From Propionibacterium freudenreichii subsp. freudenreichii (GTDB lineage Bacteria > Actinomycetota > Actinomycetes > Propionibacteriales > Propionibacteriaceae): a DNA stretch of 32,000 nucleotides. The position numbers and the translations under genes were made by a program. Positions 18,563-27,558 of this stretch are shown here, piece by piece. Where the stretch lies: positions 1,380,001 to 1,412,000 of the forward strand of contig NZ_CP010341.1 in assembly GCF_000940845.1 (NCBI RefSeq). The letters are read 5' to 3'. The notes under the pieces were generated by a model. The model was not told the origin of the DNA. It saw only the letters and a list, made by a program, of their open reading frames with translations, and made no database searches. The number at the start of each line of letters is the position of its first letter. Positions within the stretch are counted from its first letter, which is position 1.

Positions 18563-18645
18563 ACCTCAACTCTGCCCGCAGCCCCTGGCCAAATCCAAGG
18601 CCATTGCGGCACGGACATGCCCCATTGGTCCCCGATCATCGGGAC

Positions 18646-19128
18646 TCAGTGGCGGTGCCGCCGATTGCGGTCGGCCAGGTCGCGCTCGGCCTCACGGTTC
18701 ATGTCGCGCTCGCGGATGGTTTGGCGCTTGTCCCACTCCCGCTTGCCCGTACCCACGGCAATCTCCACCTTGGCGTTGCCGTCCTTGAAGTAGATCGACA
18801 GGGGAACCAGGGTGCGCCCGCCCGAATCGCCCAGGGCGCGCTCGAGGCGCTTGATCTCCTGGCGGTGCAGGAGCAGCTTGCGCTTGCGCATCGCCGAGTG
18901 GTTGCGCCACGTCCCCAGGGTGTACTCGGGAATGTTGGCATTGCGCAGCCACACCTCGTTGTCGTCGATGGTGGCGAAGGCGTCAACCAGGGACGCCCGA
19001 CCATCACGCAGGGACTTCACTTCGGTGCCGGTCAGCACGATGCCCGCTTCGAGGCGCTCGCCGATCGAATAGTCATGCAGCGCCTTCTTGTTGCGGGCGA
19101 TCATCTTCTCGCCCTTTTCACGAGGCAT
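18646..19128 (-). CDS. smpB: SsrA-binding protein SmpB
   Basis: [13 protein letters not shown]...GTEVKSLR...NIPEY...[13 protein letters not shown] chose ATG 19128, which has an AAGGGAG SD. The ORF opens at TTG 19197. Confidence 0.95.
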   Translation of the reverse strand: MPREKGEKMIARNKKALHDYSIGERLEAGIVLTGTEVKSLRDGRASLVDAFATIDDNEVWLRNANIPEYTLGTWRNHSAMRKRKLLLHRQEIKRLERALGDSGGRTLVPLSIYFKDGNAKVEIAVGTGKREWDKRQTIRERDMNREAERDLADRNRRHRH

Positions 19129-19145
19129 CGCAGCTCCCTTCTCTC

Positions 19146-19192
19146 GGCGTGACGCGTTCCTCTTGGCGCGACGCGCCTTCCGGCGTGACGCG
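19146..19192. repeat. Three copies of the 11-mer GGCG(T/C)GACGCG in the smpB leader
   Basis: Copies lie at 19146-19156, 19165-19175 and 19182-19192. On the smpB strand each CGCGTC(A/G)CGCC is followed by a purine tract: GGAAGG, AAGAGGAA or GAGAGAAGGGAG. Confidence 0.85.
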
Positions 19193-19278
19193 ACCAATCA
19201 GGCTAGCGACCGCATCCTTCGCATGGCGAATCAGCGGCTGCGGCCGTGAACCAGCCCGGTTGCCAACCCTATGCGGGC

Positions 19279-21258
19279 TCACCAACCGCCGGCGCCACCG
19301 CCGCCACCACCACCACCGGAGAAGCCGCCGCCACCGAAGGCGCTGCCACCGCTGCCGAAGCCGGCTCCCCCGGAGGACTCCGGCACGCTGATGCCCGAAT
19401 CGACTCCGCTGAGCACCCCACTGGTGAAGTAGGCGTAGCGGAAGCCGCAGGGATCGCCGTAGTACCAATAGGGCGCCGTCTCGGTCAGCCGCCCCTGGGC
19501 GACCAACTGCTCGCACAGGCTGGCCCAACGGTCGGCGATGCCGAAGGCGATGGCCCAGGGCAGGTACTGGCTGAAGATGTCCTGCCCCTCCTCGAACTTC
19601 AGCTGGTCGGCCTCGGCGGTCTTGAGGTACTCCTCGAACCCCTGCACCTGATCTGTATAGGCGCGGCCCATGGCGGTACGGGTGCCCCGCCGTGCGATCG
19701 ACGAGCGAATGAGCAGGGTGATGATTCCCACGACGACCAGGGCCCCGATGATCATCAGCGCGGTCAGCCCGGCGGCATTCGACGCCAGGGCCGCTGTATT
19801 GCTGAGCAATGACCCGCCGAACCATGCCCCGATCAACACCACGAAGCTGCCGATGACCGCTCCGCTGCGCTTGGTGCCCACCTGTCCGATGCGCTTCATG
19901 AGGCCCTGACTGGTTGCCGTGGCGGCGACCTCGCGGGCGAGCTCGGAACTGGCGTCCGACATGGAACCGGGATCAGACAGGTTCACCTCGGTGCCCACGG
20001 CAACGGAACCGAACAGAGCATCGAGCAGCTTCTTCTCATAGGGCGTGGTGGCCTTGTCCGCATCGATGAGGCGCCCGAAGAGCTCCGATGAGCCATGCCG
20101 GCCCGTCGTCGAGCGCAGCTGGATGGCCCGACGCACCGCCAGGTCAACCAGGGTGGCCGTCATCTCCTGGGAATCAACCTGACCGTCCACGAGCAGGCCG
20201 CCGAGCGCGACCGGGATCTGTGGCGGATCGAAGCGCACGGGCACCACGTCATGCTTCGAGGCGGGCCCCACCTGCGCAGCATCCACATCCACCGGCACGG
20301 TGCCCGGGGGGACACCCAGGAAGCGTTCGTCAGCACTGTTCTTGCGGAACCGGACGAGGTAGATGGCCCCGACGATCGCGGCCGCGGCCAACGTGGCAAT
20401 GCCCCATGGCGCGGCCTGGGCGGCGGAGCTCTTGGCGGCGGGTTCCAGCCGGGGCGTGCCGTTGGCGACCAGGCCGCTGGCGATGCCCACGCCGACCGTC
20501 ATGACCTCACTGCCCTGCTTCACATCCTGGTGGAAGACTGCCTGCTGATCCGCCACCGATGACGAGGTGCAGGCGGTATCCGACCCGACGGCGCCCGAGA
20601 AGCACTGGACCTGCTGGGCGCCACCGGGCACCGCAACAGTGATCCTGATGTCATTCACATCCGGGGTGTTGTCCCCCACCGCATCCCAGTAGAGCTGTTC
20701 CACGCCCTGTGCATCGCGCAGCGCCCCCTTGACGTCGTAGCTGATCACATAGGTGGCGGTGGCGCTGGAAACCCGCTTGTTCGCATCACCGATCTTGATC
20801 GTCACGAAGCGCTCGCGGGGATTGCCCTTGGTGGCCTCATCGCTCTGGGTGAAGCTCGCCGGTGCATCGGGACTCGAGACCTGGACATTGCTGACGTCGT
20901 AGACGATGTCCTGGTTCTTGTTGTCGCCGTCGGGCTCGCGGGTCAGCAGCGTGCGGTACATGCCATGTCGGGCCGAGTCGCTCGCGAAGCGGTAGACGAG
21001 GGTTTCCCGGACGTGGGTGGTGCCGTCAGTTCCGACCGTGTAGTCGGCCGTCCACGAGTCGAAGGAATCCGAGGTCTGTGCCAGTGCCCGTTGCGGCGCG
21101 GCGGTCAGGCCCAGGGCAACCATCAGCAGTGCCAGGAACCCCATGAGGGCGGCGCGGGTGGCGCCACCGGTGCGACGGTGCGGCGCGGCGCCCGGCGGGC
21201 GTTGGCGCGCCCCCGGGCGACCAGCAGTCATGGCGGGACTTCCCGTCGAATGTGACAT
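19279..21258 (-). CDS. DUF2207-family membrane protein with a Gly-rich C-terminal tail
   Basis: It has a signal-like N-terminus, YTVGTDGTTHVRETLVYRF...HGMYRTL (DUF2207 N-domain pattern), several predicted TM segments, and the terminal sequence GGAGFGSGGSAFGGGGFSGGGGGGGGAGGW. I chose ATG 21258, which has a GGAAGGTG SD. The ORF opens at 21276. Confidence 0.8.
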   Translation of the reverse strand: MSHSTGSPAMTAGRPGARQRPPGAAPHRRTGGATRAALMGFLALLMVALGLTAAPQRALAQTSDSFDSWTADYTVGTDGTTHVRETLVYRFASDSARHGMYRTLLTREPDGDNKNQDIVYDVSNVQVSSPDAPASFTQSDEATKGNPRERFVTIKIGDANKRVSSATATYVISYDVKGALRDAQGVEQLYWDAVGDNTPDVNDIRITVAVPGGAQQVQCFSGAVGSDTACTSSSVADQQAVFHQDVKQGSEVMTVGVGIASGLVANGTPRLEPAAKSSAAQAAPWGIATLAAAAIVGAIYLVRFRKNSADERFLGVPPGTVPVDVDAAQVGPASKHDVVPVRFDPPQIPVALGGLLVDGQVDSQEMTATLVDLAVRRAIQLRSTTGRHGSSELFGRLIDADKATTPYEKKLLDALFGSVAVGTEVNLSDPGSMSDASSELAREVAATATSQGLMKRIGQVGTKRSGAVIGSFVVLIGAWFGGSLLSNTAALASNAAGLTALMIIGALVVVGIITLLIRSSIARRGTRTAMGRAYTDQVQGFEEYLKTAEADQLKFEEGQDIFSQYLPWAIAFGIADRWASLCEQLVAQGRLTETAPYWYYGDPCGFRYAYFTSGVLSGVDSGISVPESSGGAGFGSGGSAFGGGGFSGGGGGGGGAGGW

Positions 21259-21414
21259 CGAACACCTTCCGGTCATTGATCGGATTCACGCATCGCATAT
21301 CGGGGATGCCCACGAGGCGCACCCCGGCTGCCTGCCCACGGCAAAGCAGCTCGCCATCAAACCTACGGCCTCAGCCGGGAATGGTGGCGAGCTGTTCGCA
21401 TCAGGATCGGCGCG

Positions 21415-22734
21415 TCAGGCCACCGTGATCCAGTTCTGGGGATCATCCGTGGCACCGTTCACGTACACATGGAAGTGCAGGTGGCAGCCGGTTGACAGCC
21501 CGGTGGTGCCCACGTAGCCGATGAGCTGCCCCTTGTCGACGTGCTGACCGGCGCTCACCACATAGCTCGACGCATGGTTGTAACCGGTGGACAGGTAGAC
21601 GCCATTGACCAGGCCGTGGTCGATGACCAGCCGATTTCCGTACCCGCCCGACTGTCCCGGGGTGAGCACATCGGCCACGGTACCGGCGGCTGCGGCGTAC
21701 ATCGGCGCATTGCAGCCCGCTCCCAGGTCGAGCCCATCATGGAACTCGGTGTAGCCCAGCACGGGATTGATGCGCGTGTGGTAGGTGTCGGTGATGGGGG
21801 CCCCGGGCACCGGATCGGCAAGTACGGAGCTGGTCGATGTCGCGATCGAATTGCCTGCGGCCGCGGCCTGGGCGGCAGCCGCATCCGCCTGTTGGGCGGC
21901 CTGCGCGGCGGCAGCGGCAGCCGCGTTGCGGTCCTTGATGCGCTGCGCCACTGCATTGGACTGGGCCTTCAGGTCGGCGTTGCGCGCCTGCGCATCGGCA
22001 AGTGCCTGCTCGGCCGCCGACTTGTCCGCCGCATTCTTGCTCACCAGCGCATCGACCTTTGCCTTGGCGTCCTGGGCTGCCTGCGCGGTGCTGGCCCTGC
22101 TGTTCAGGGCGTCAGCGGCGGCCTGTCGGTCCCGCTGGGCCGCTGCCTCGGCGTCCTTCATGGCCTGCTCGGCCTGCTCGAGCCTTTGCTCAACATCCTG
22201 GAGGCGATCGAGCTCATACTGCTGGGCCCGGAATGCCTGGTCAGTCCACTGGATGCGGTTGGACATGTCACCGGTGGACAGGTTGTTGACGAAGATCCCG
22301 ATGGTGACCAGGCCACTGTTCTGCTGGGTGGTGTGACGCACATCGGTGCCGACCTTGCGCTTCTGCGCATCCACGTCGGCCCGGGCCTTCGCCGCATCAT
22401 CCTGCGCCTTCACCAGGGCTGCCTCGGCATCCTTCAACGCACGGGCGGCATCGTCGTCGCTGCGTGCCGCGGCATCGCGATCGGCCTCGGCCCTGGCCAG
22501 GCCGGCCTGGGCGTCCGCCAACTGCTGCTGGGAGGCTGACAGGGTCTTCTCGGCGTCCTGGAGCTTCGCGTCGGAGGCATAGACATCCGAATCGCTCGCA
22601 CCGATCTGCTGTTGCAGGCTGGCCTGCTGGTCCTCGAGGTCATCGGCGCCGGAAACGGCCGGCATCATGGACAACGCGACCGAACAGGCGACCAGTCCGA
22701 CCCATGCCCGACGGGGCAGGGCCATTCTGCGCAT
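21415..22734 (-). CDS. Secreted coiled-coil M23 (LytM-type) peptidoglycan metalloendopeptidase
   Basis: Signal peptide MRRMALPRRAWVGLVACSVALSMMPAVSGADD. A stretch of about 270 aa is Ala/Gln/Asp/Lys-rich with a coiled-coil-like composition. The C-terminal M23 domain has HDGLD (HxxxD) and HLHFH (HxH). The alternative start is GTG 22797. Confidence 0.88.
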   Translation of the reverse strand: MRRMALPRRAWVGLVACSVALSMMPAVSGADDLEDQQASLQQQIGASDSDVYASDAKLQDAEKTLSASQQQLADAQAGLARAEADRDAAARSDDDAARALKDAEAALVKAQDDAAKARADVDAQKRKVGTDVRHTTQQNSGLVTIGIFVNNLSTGDMSNRIQWTDQAFRAQQYELDRLQDVEQRLEQAEQAMKDAEAAAQRDRQAAADALNSRASTAQAAQDAKAKVDALVSKNAADKSAAEQALADAQARNADLKAQSNAVAQRIKDRNAAAAAAAQAAQQADAAAAQAAAAGNSIATSTSSVLADPVPGAPITDTYHTRINPVLGYTEFHDGLDLGAGCNAPMYAAAAGTVADVLTPGQSGGYGNRLVIDHGLVNGVYLSTGYNHASSYVVSAGQHVDKGQLIGYVGTTGLSTGCHLHFHVYVNGATDDPQNWITVA

Positions 22735-22800
22735 CGCACCTCGGGTCTTCGCCTGCTTCACGGATTGGCCCCTTCCAGAGTCAAAGAAGTAATTCACGGT

Positions 22801-23718
22801 TCACACTCTCAAATAGCGGCGCGTTGCCACGAAGGTGGGAATGATCGACAACAGGACCCCCACGACGGCGACCCAGACCACGGCCACCGCAGTGTCACCC
22901 CAGGTGATCCAGCCCAGGCTCTGGATGGCGAGCTGGGAACGCACCCGGTCGATCACGAAGTACTGCAGTGCTGACATCGAGGCTCCGGCGAGCACCACGC
23001 CCGCGACGCCGGCGAAGAGTGCCTCCAACAGGAATGGCAGCATGATGTAGCCATTGGACGCGCCCACCAGCCGCATGATGCCGATCTCACGGCGTCGCGT
23101 GTAGGCGGACATCCGGATCGTATTGCCGATCTGCAGGGCCGCGGCCAACAGCAGCATCCCCGCAATGCCCATCGCGCCCCACTTCAGGCCGTTGAGGACC
23201 TTGAAGAAGGGGTCGAGCACACTGTGCAGGTCCTGCACCGCCTGCACGCCCATCAGGCCCTGCGATTCGGCCACCACGCCCTTGTAGTTCTGGGGATCCT
23301 TGAGCTTCACCCGGAACGAATCCTGCATCTGGTCGACGGTCAGGGAATCCTTGATGGGATTGTCCTTGTAGACCCGCTGGAATTCGTCGTAGGCCTCCTG
23401 CTTGGTCTCGTAGTAGATATTCGAGACATCGGGATTGGCGGTGAGCCGCGAACGGATCGCGTCGCGCTGTGAGGCGGTGGTGTCCTGCCCGGCCTCGCAA
23501 TTGCCGCCGGCGGATTCGGTGGCGGAGTCCGCCGTGCACAGGAAGACCGAGATCTCAATCTTGTCGTACCACTTGCCCTTCATCTCATTGACCTGGGCCA
23601 TGGTCATGAGGCTGGCGCCGAACAGGGCCAACGACACCCACATGGTCACGATGACGGCAATGGTCATCGACAGATTGCGCTTCAGGCCCGACCAGGTCTC
23701 ACGCAGCGTGTGGCGCAT
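22801..23718 (-). CDS. ftsX: Cell-division ABC transporter permease-like protein FtsX
   Basis: MRHTLRETWSGLKRNLSMTIAVIV is the typical FtsX N-terminus, and there are four predicted TM segments. The alternative start is ATG 23733. Confidence 0.92.
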   Translation of the reverse strand: MRHTLRETWSGLKRNLSMTIAVIVTMWVSLALFGASLMTMAQVNEMKGKWYDKIEISVFLCTADSATESAGGNCEAGQDTTASQRDAIRSRLTANPDVSNIYYETKQEAYDEFQRVYKDNPIKDSLTVDQMQDSFRVKLKDPQNYKGVVAESQGLMGVQAVQDLHSVLDPFFKVLNGLKWGAMGIAGMLLLAAALQIGNTIRMSAYTRRREIGIMRLVGASNGYIMLPFLLEALFAGVAGVVLAGASMSALQYFVIDRVRSQLAIQSLGWITWGDTAVAVVWVAVVGVLLSIIPTFVATRRYLRV

Positions 23719-23756
23719 GGCGGCCCATCCCATCGTTGTTTGACAATTTCATCGGC

Positions 23757-24443
23757 TCACAGGTTCCCGTATGCGCCCTGCTTCTGGTCGCGTACGAGCT
23801 CGCCCTTGTCGAGCTCGATGACGCGACGCCGCATCTGATCGACGATGGTCGAATCATGGGTGGCCATGATCACCGTGGTGTCACGACGATTGATCCGATC
23901 GAGCAGCTTCATGATGCCGACGCTGGTGGCCGGATCGAGGTTTCCGGTGGGCTCGTCGGCAATGAGGATCTTGGGATTGTTCACCACGGCGCGCGCAATG
24001 GCGACGCGCTGCTGCTCGCCACCGGACAATTCCTCCGGTCGACGCTCCCCCTTGTTGGCCAGGCCCACGAGCTCCAGGGTGGCGGGCACCTGTTGGCGGA
24101 TCTCACGCATGGGCCTGCCCAGCACCTGCAGCGCGAACGCGACGTTCTGGTAGACGGTCTGTCCGGGCAGCAGCCGAAAATCCTGGAAGACGGTGCCGAT
24201 CTGGCGGCGCAGCGCGGGCACCTTCCAGTTGTGCAGGCGCCCCAGGTCCTTGCCGGCCACGAACACCCGGCCGGTGGTGGGACGGTATTCACGAAGGATC
24301 AGGCGCAGGAAGGTCGATTTGCCCGAGCCGGAAACCCCGACGAGGAAGACGAACTCACCCTTGTCGATGTCGACGCTGACATGCCTGAGGGCAGGGGTCG
24401 TCTGCCTCGGGTAGAGCTTCGAGACGTCTTCGAAAGTAATCAC
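23757..24443 (-). CDS. ftsE: Cell-division ATP-binding protein FtsE
   Basis: GVSGSGKST (Walker A), [14 protein letters not shown] (signature) and [12 protein letters not shown] (Walker B). The start is GTG. Confidence 0.96.
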   Translation of the reverse strand: MITFEDVSKLYPRQTTPALRHVSVDIDKGEFVFLVGVSGSGKSTFLRLILREYRPTTGRVFVAGKDLGRLHNWKVPALRRQIGTVFQDFRLLPGQTVYQNVAFALQVLGRPMREIRQQVPATLELVGLANKGERRPEELSGGEQQRVAIARAVVNNPKILIADEPTGNLDPATSVGIMKLLDRINRRDTTVIMATHDSTIVDQMRRRVIELDKGELVRDQKQGAYGNL

Positions 24444-24558
24444 GCACAGTCCTGCCGGGTGGGAAGGGGAAGAACGCTGAGTGTTTCTCAGCCCGGACAG
24501 GGGTGAGCCTATTCAGTGGGGCCCTCCGATGGGCGCCGCGGCGCGCCGGGAGCCACGC

Positions 24559-24578
24559 TTTCCCCAGATTTCCCCAGC
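24559..24578. repeat. 10-nt tandem duplication TTTCCCCAG(A/C) x2 between prfB and ftsE
   Basis: TTTCCCCAG occurs at 24559-24567 and again at 24569-24577. Confidence 0.85.
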
Positions 24579-24594
24579 CCCGCAGGAGGAGGCG

Positions 24595-25704
24595 TCAGGC
24601 TGCCTGTTCCTCCTGGCGACGCCACCGGATGCCGCGCTCGATGAAGCCATCAATGTCACCATCGAAGACGTTGTCGGGGCTGCCGCTCTCGAATCCGGTG
24701 CGCAGGTCCTTGACCATCTGGTACGGGTGCAGCACATAGGAACGCATCTGGCTGCCCCACGAGTTCCCGTCCGACTTGAGGGCATCCATCTCGGCCTCGC
24801 GCTCCTGGCGGGCACGTTCCAGCAGCTTTGCCTGGAGCACGCGCAGTCCCGCGGCCTTGTTCTGGATCTGGGACCGCTCGTTCTGGCAGGTGACGACAAT
24901 GCCGGTGGGCAGGTGGGTGATCCGCACTGCGGAGTCGGTCGTGTTGACGCCCTGGCCACCGGGGCCGGAGGCGTGGAACACATCGACCCGGATGTCCTTC
25001 TCCGGAATGTCGATGTTGTCGGTCTCCTCCACCACCGGCAACACCTCCACGCCGGCAAAGCTGGTCTGGCGGCGTCCCTGGTTGTCGAAGGGGCTGATGC
25101 GCACCAGGCGGTGCGTGCCCTGCTCCACGGACAACGTGCCGTATGCGTAGGGCGACTTCACCGTGAAGGTCGCGGACTTGATGCCGGCCTCCTCGGCGTA
25201 GCTGATGTCGTAGACCTCGTAGCTGTATGCGTGGCGCTCCGCCCACCGCTCGTACATGCGCAGCAGCATCGCCGCGAAGTCGGCGGCATCGACGCCCCCG
25301 GCCTCCGAGCGGATGGTCACCAGTGCGTCGCGCTCGTCGTATTCGCCCGACAGCAGGGTCTGCACCTCAAGGGTGTCGATCTCATCGGCCAGCGTGGCGA
25401 TTTCCTTCTCGGCCTCCTGGGCCGTGTCGGCATCGCTCTCCTCACTGGCGAGCTCGAGCAGCGTGCTCGCGTCGTCGAGGCGCGAACGCAGGGTCTGCAC
25501 CTTTTCCACGCTGGACTGCAGCCGTGACAATCGGGACGTCACGGACTGTGCATGCTCCTGGTCGTTCCACAGGTCGGGAGCCGACGCTTCGGTTTCCAGC
25601 TCTTCGATCTGCTTGTTCTTGGCAGGCACGTCAACGACCGCTTCGATCGAGCTGAGCGACTTGTTGAGCTGGGAAAGGTGTTCGGTTAGTTCATCGAGGG
25701 CCAC
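24595..25704 (-). CDS. prfB: Peptide chain release factor 2, encoded as one uninterrupted ORF
   Basis: 369 aa with SPF (RISPFD) and GGQ ([15 protein letters not shown]) motifs. It is closely collinear with mycobacterial RF2 as I remember it. The start is GTG 25704. Confidence 0.96.
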   Translation of the reverse strand: MALDELTEHLSQLNKSLSSIEAVVDVPAKNKQIEELETEASAPDLWNDQEHAQSVTSRLSRLQSSVEKVQTLRSRLDDASTLLELASEESDADTAQEAEKEIATLADEIDTLEVQTLLSGEYDERDALVTIRSEAGGVDAADFAAMLLRMYERWAERHAYSYEVYDISYAEEAGIKSATFTVKSPYAYGTLSVEQGTHRLVRISPFDNQGRRQTSFAGVEVLPVVEETDNIDIPEKDIRVDVFHASGPGGQGVNTTDSAVRITHLPTGIVVTCQNERSQIQNKAAGLRVLQAKLLERARQEREAEMDALKSDGNSWGSQMRSYVLHPYQMVKDLRTGFESGSPDNVFDGDIDGFIERGIRWRRQEEQAA

Positions 25705-25712
25705 GATCAGGA

Positions 25713-25718
25713 ATTCTA
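25713..25718 (-). promoter_or_regulatory. Candidate -10 box (TAGAAT) close to the prfB start
   Basis: The minus strand reads TAGAAT-tcctgatc-GTG with no SD. The 8-nt spacing is slightly long for a strictly leaderless mRNA. Confidence 0.25.
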
Positions 25719-25798
25719 CCGGGTCGCCCTAGTGGGAGAATGAACGCTGACAAGGCAGCCGCCCGGTCGAACGCCAACGGCAGCAATCGGAAGGAACC

Positions 25799-26260
25799 AT
25801 GGCAGCGCTCAAGGACCAGCTCAAGAAGGATCTCGTGGTGGCGATGAAGGCCCACGACGAGACGGCCAAGACGACAATCCGGATGGCCGTGGCCGCCATC
25901 ATGAACGCAGAGGTGGCCGGTAAGGCCCACGAGCTGAGTGACGAGGAAGAGCTCAAGATCCTCACCCGCGAGGTGCACACCCGGGAGGAATCCGCCGAGA
26001 CCTATGCTGCGGCCGGACGTGAGGAGCTCGCCGCCAAGGAGAGCGCCGAGGCCGAATTGCTCAAGAAGTACCTGCCCGAGCAGTTGGACGCCGCACAGTT
26101 GCAGCAGATCGTCGATGACGTGGTGGCGCAGGCATCGACCGACGGCAAGCCGACCATGAAGCAGATGGGCCAGCTGGTGCGGGCGGCCAACGAGCAGGTG
26201 AAGGGCCGCGCCGAGGGCAAGGCCGTCGCAGACCTGGTCAGGAAGGCGATCACCGGCTGA
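25799..26260 (+). CDS. GatB/YqeY-domain protein
   Basis: 153 aa. LKKDLVVAMKAHDE...IRMAVAAI...LSDEEELKILTREV is the typical YqeY pattern. A GGAAGGA SD lies upstream. Confidence 0.85.
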   Translation: MAALKDQLKKDLVVAMKAHDETAKTTIRMAVAAIMNAEVAGKAHELSDEEELKILTREVHTREESAETYAAAGREELAAKESAEAELLKKYLPEQLDAAQLQQIVDDVVAQASTDGKPTMKQMGQLVRAANEQVKGRAEGKAVADLVRKAITG

Positions 26261-26300
26261 GCGCCCTGAGCCGCTAGACTCTCGCAGGTCCCGGCTCTTC

Positions 26301-26374
26301 GGGCGCATAGCTCAGTTGGTTAGAGCGCGTGCCTTACAAGCACGATGTCGGCGGTTCGAGTCCGTCTGCGCCCA
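26301..26374 (+). tRNA. tRNA-Val (anticodon TAC)
   Basis: Cloverleaf folded by hand: acceptor GGGCGCA/TGCGCCC, D arm GCTC..GAGC, anticodon stem CGTGC/GCACG with loop CTTACAA (TAC at 26335-26337), T arm GGCGG-TTCGAGT-CCGTC. CCA is not encoded. Confidence 0.95.
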
Positions 26375-26381
26375 CCCCTGC

Positions 26382-26411
26382 TTTCCCCCTCTTGCCTTTC
26401 CCCCTCTTGCC
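26382..26411. repeat. 15-nt exact tandem duplication TTTCCCCCTCTTGCC x2 just 3' of tRNA-Val
   Basis: The units lie at 26382-26396 and 26397-26411. Confidence 0.9.
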
Positions 26412-26424
26412 CCCGGCATCTCCC

Positions 26425-26448
26425 GTGCCCGGGCACATTTGGCTTTTC

Positions 26449-26450
<2 letters not shown>
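26425..26450. terminator. Short palindrome GTGCCCGGGCAC followed by ATTTGGCTTTTCTC, a possible terminator
   Basis: A 12-bp palindrome is followed by a T-rich tract on the + strand. It lies between tRNA-Val and the convergent kinase-like gene. The stem is short once a loop is allowed. Confidence 0.3.
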
Positions 26451-27255
<805 letters not shown>

Positions 27256-27261
27256 GCCACG

Positions 27262-27267
27262 AACATA
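27262..27267 (-). promoter_or_regulatory. Candidate -10 box (TATGTT) placed for a leaderless transcript of the kinase-like gene
   Basis: The minus strand reads TATGTT-cgtggc-ATG. The spacer is 6 nt and there is no SD. Confidence 0.3.
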
Positions 27268-27337
27268 GGGCCTCACGGCGATCGTGTCGGCAACCGCGGC
27301 CGGCAGGGCCAGCCGTGAGCGCCCCTTCCGGGGCTCG

Positions 27338-27365
27338 GATTCCCAGTGCCCGATTCCCAGTGCCC
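27338..27365. repeat. 14-nt exact tandem duplication GATTCCCAGTGCCC x2 in a divergent promoter region
   Basis: The units lie at 27338-27351 and 27352-27365, followed by a partial CGATGCCC. Confidence 0.9.
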
Positions 27366-27558
27366 CGATGCCCGGCGTCCCGGGTGCGGGGCGGGAGGAG
27401 GCGCAGTGAACCGCCTTTGTTACAGGCGGGTTACTGCCCACCGCATTCCATCGACTGAGGACGGTTGGCGACCACACCATCAGGTGCCAGTATTTGTTGT
27501 CGTGCCCTAGTGCGGCACGTGCATGCCCAGGATCACCAGTTGCGGAAAGAAGTCACGG

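Noticed and set aside
19129-19197. Longer SmpB starting at TTG 19197 with a 23-residue basic extension
   Set aside because: The ATG at 19128 has a well-placed AAGGGAG SD and gives an N-terminus collinear with other SmpB proteins. I kept the extension only as an alternative noted in the corresponding finding.
19285-19400. Repetitive GGN/GCC-rich DNA that could be mistaken for a simple-sequence repeat or CRISPR-like array
   Set aside because: It is the coding sequence of the poly-Gly tail of the DUF2207 protein. There is no spacer-repeat organisation.
21541-22539. 332-aa + strand ORF opposite the M23 peptidase; there are similar ORFs at 24481..25527 opposite prfB and 29986..31140 opposite the permease
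   Set aside because: These are shadow ORFs opposite genes with clear family signatures.
21790-22640. Highly repetitive GC(C/G)-rich sequence with recurring GCGGC/GCCGC strings
   Set aside because: It encodes the Ala/Gln/Asp/Lys-rich coiled-coil region of the M23 protein. The periodicity is codon-based, so this is not a non-coding repeat.
24595-25704. Looked for the programmed +1 frameshift site of prfB (short upstream ORF ending CTT TGA C)
   Set aside because: RF2 is encoded by one uninterrupted 369-codon ORF, so no frameshift element is present. As far as I recall, absence of the frameshift is normal for a minority of bacterial lineages including actinobacteria, so I did not report it as a finding.
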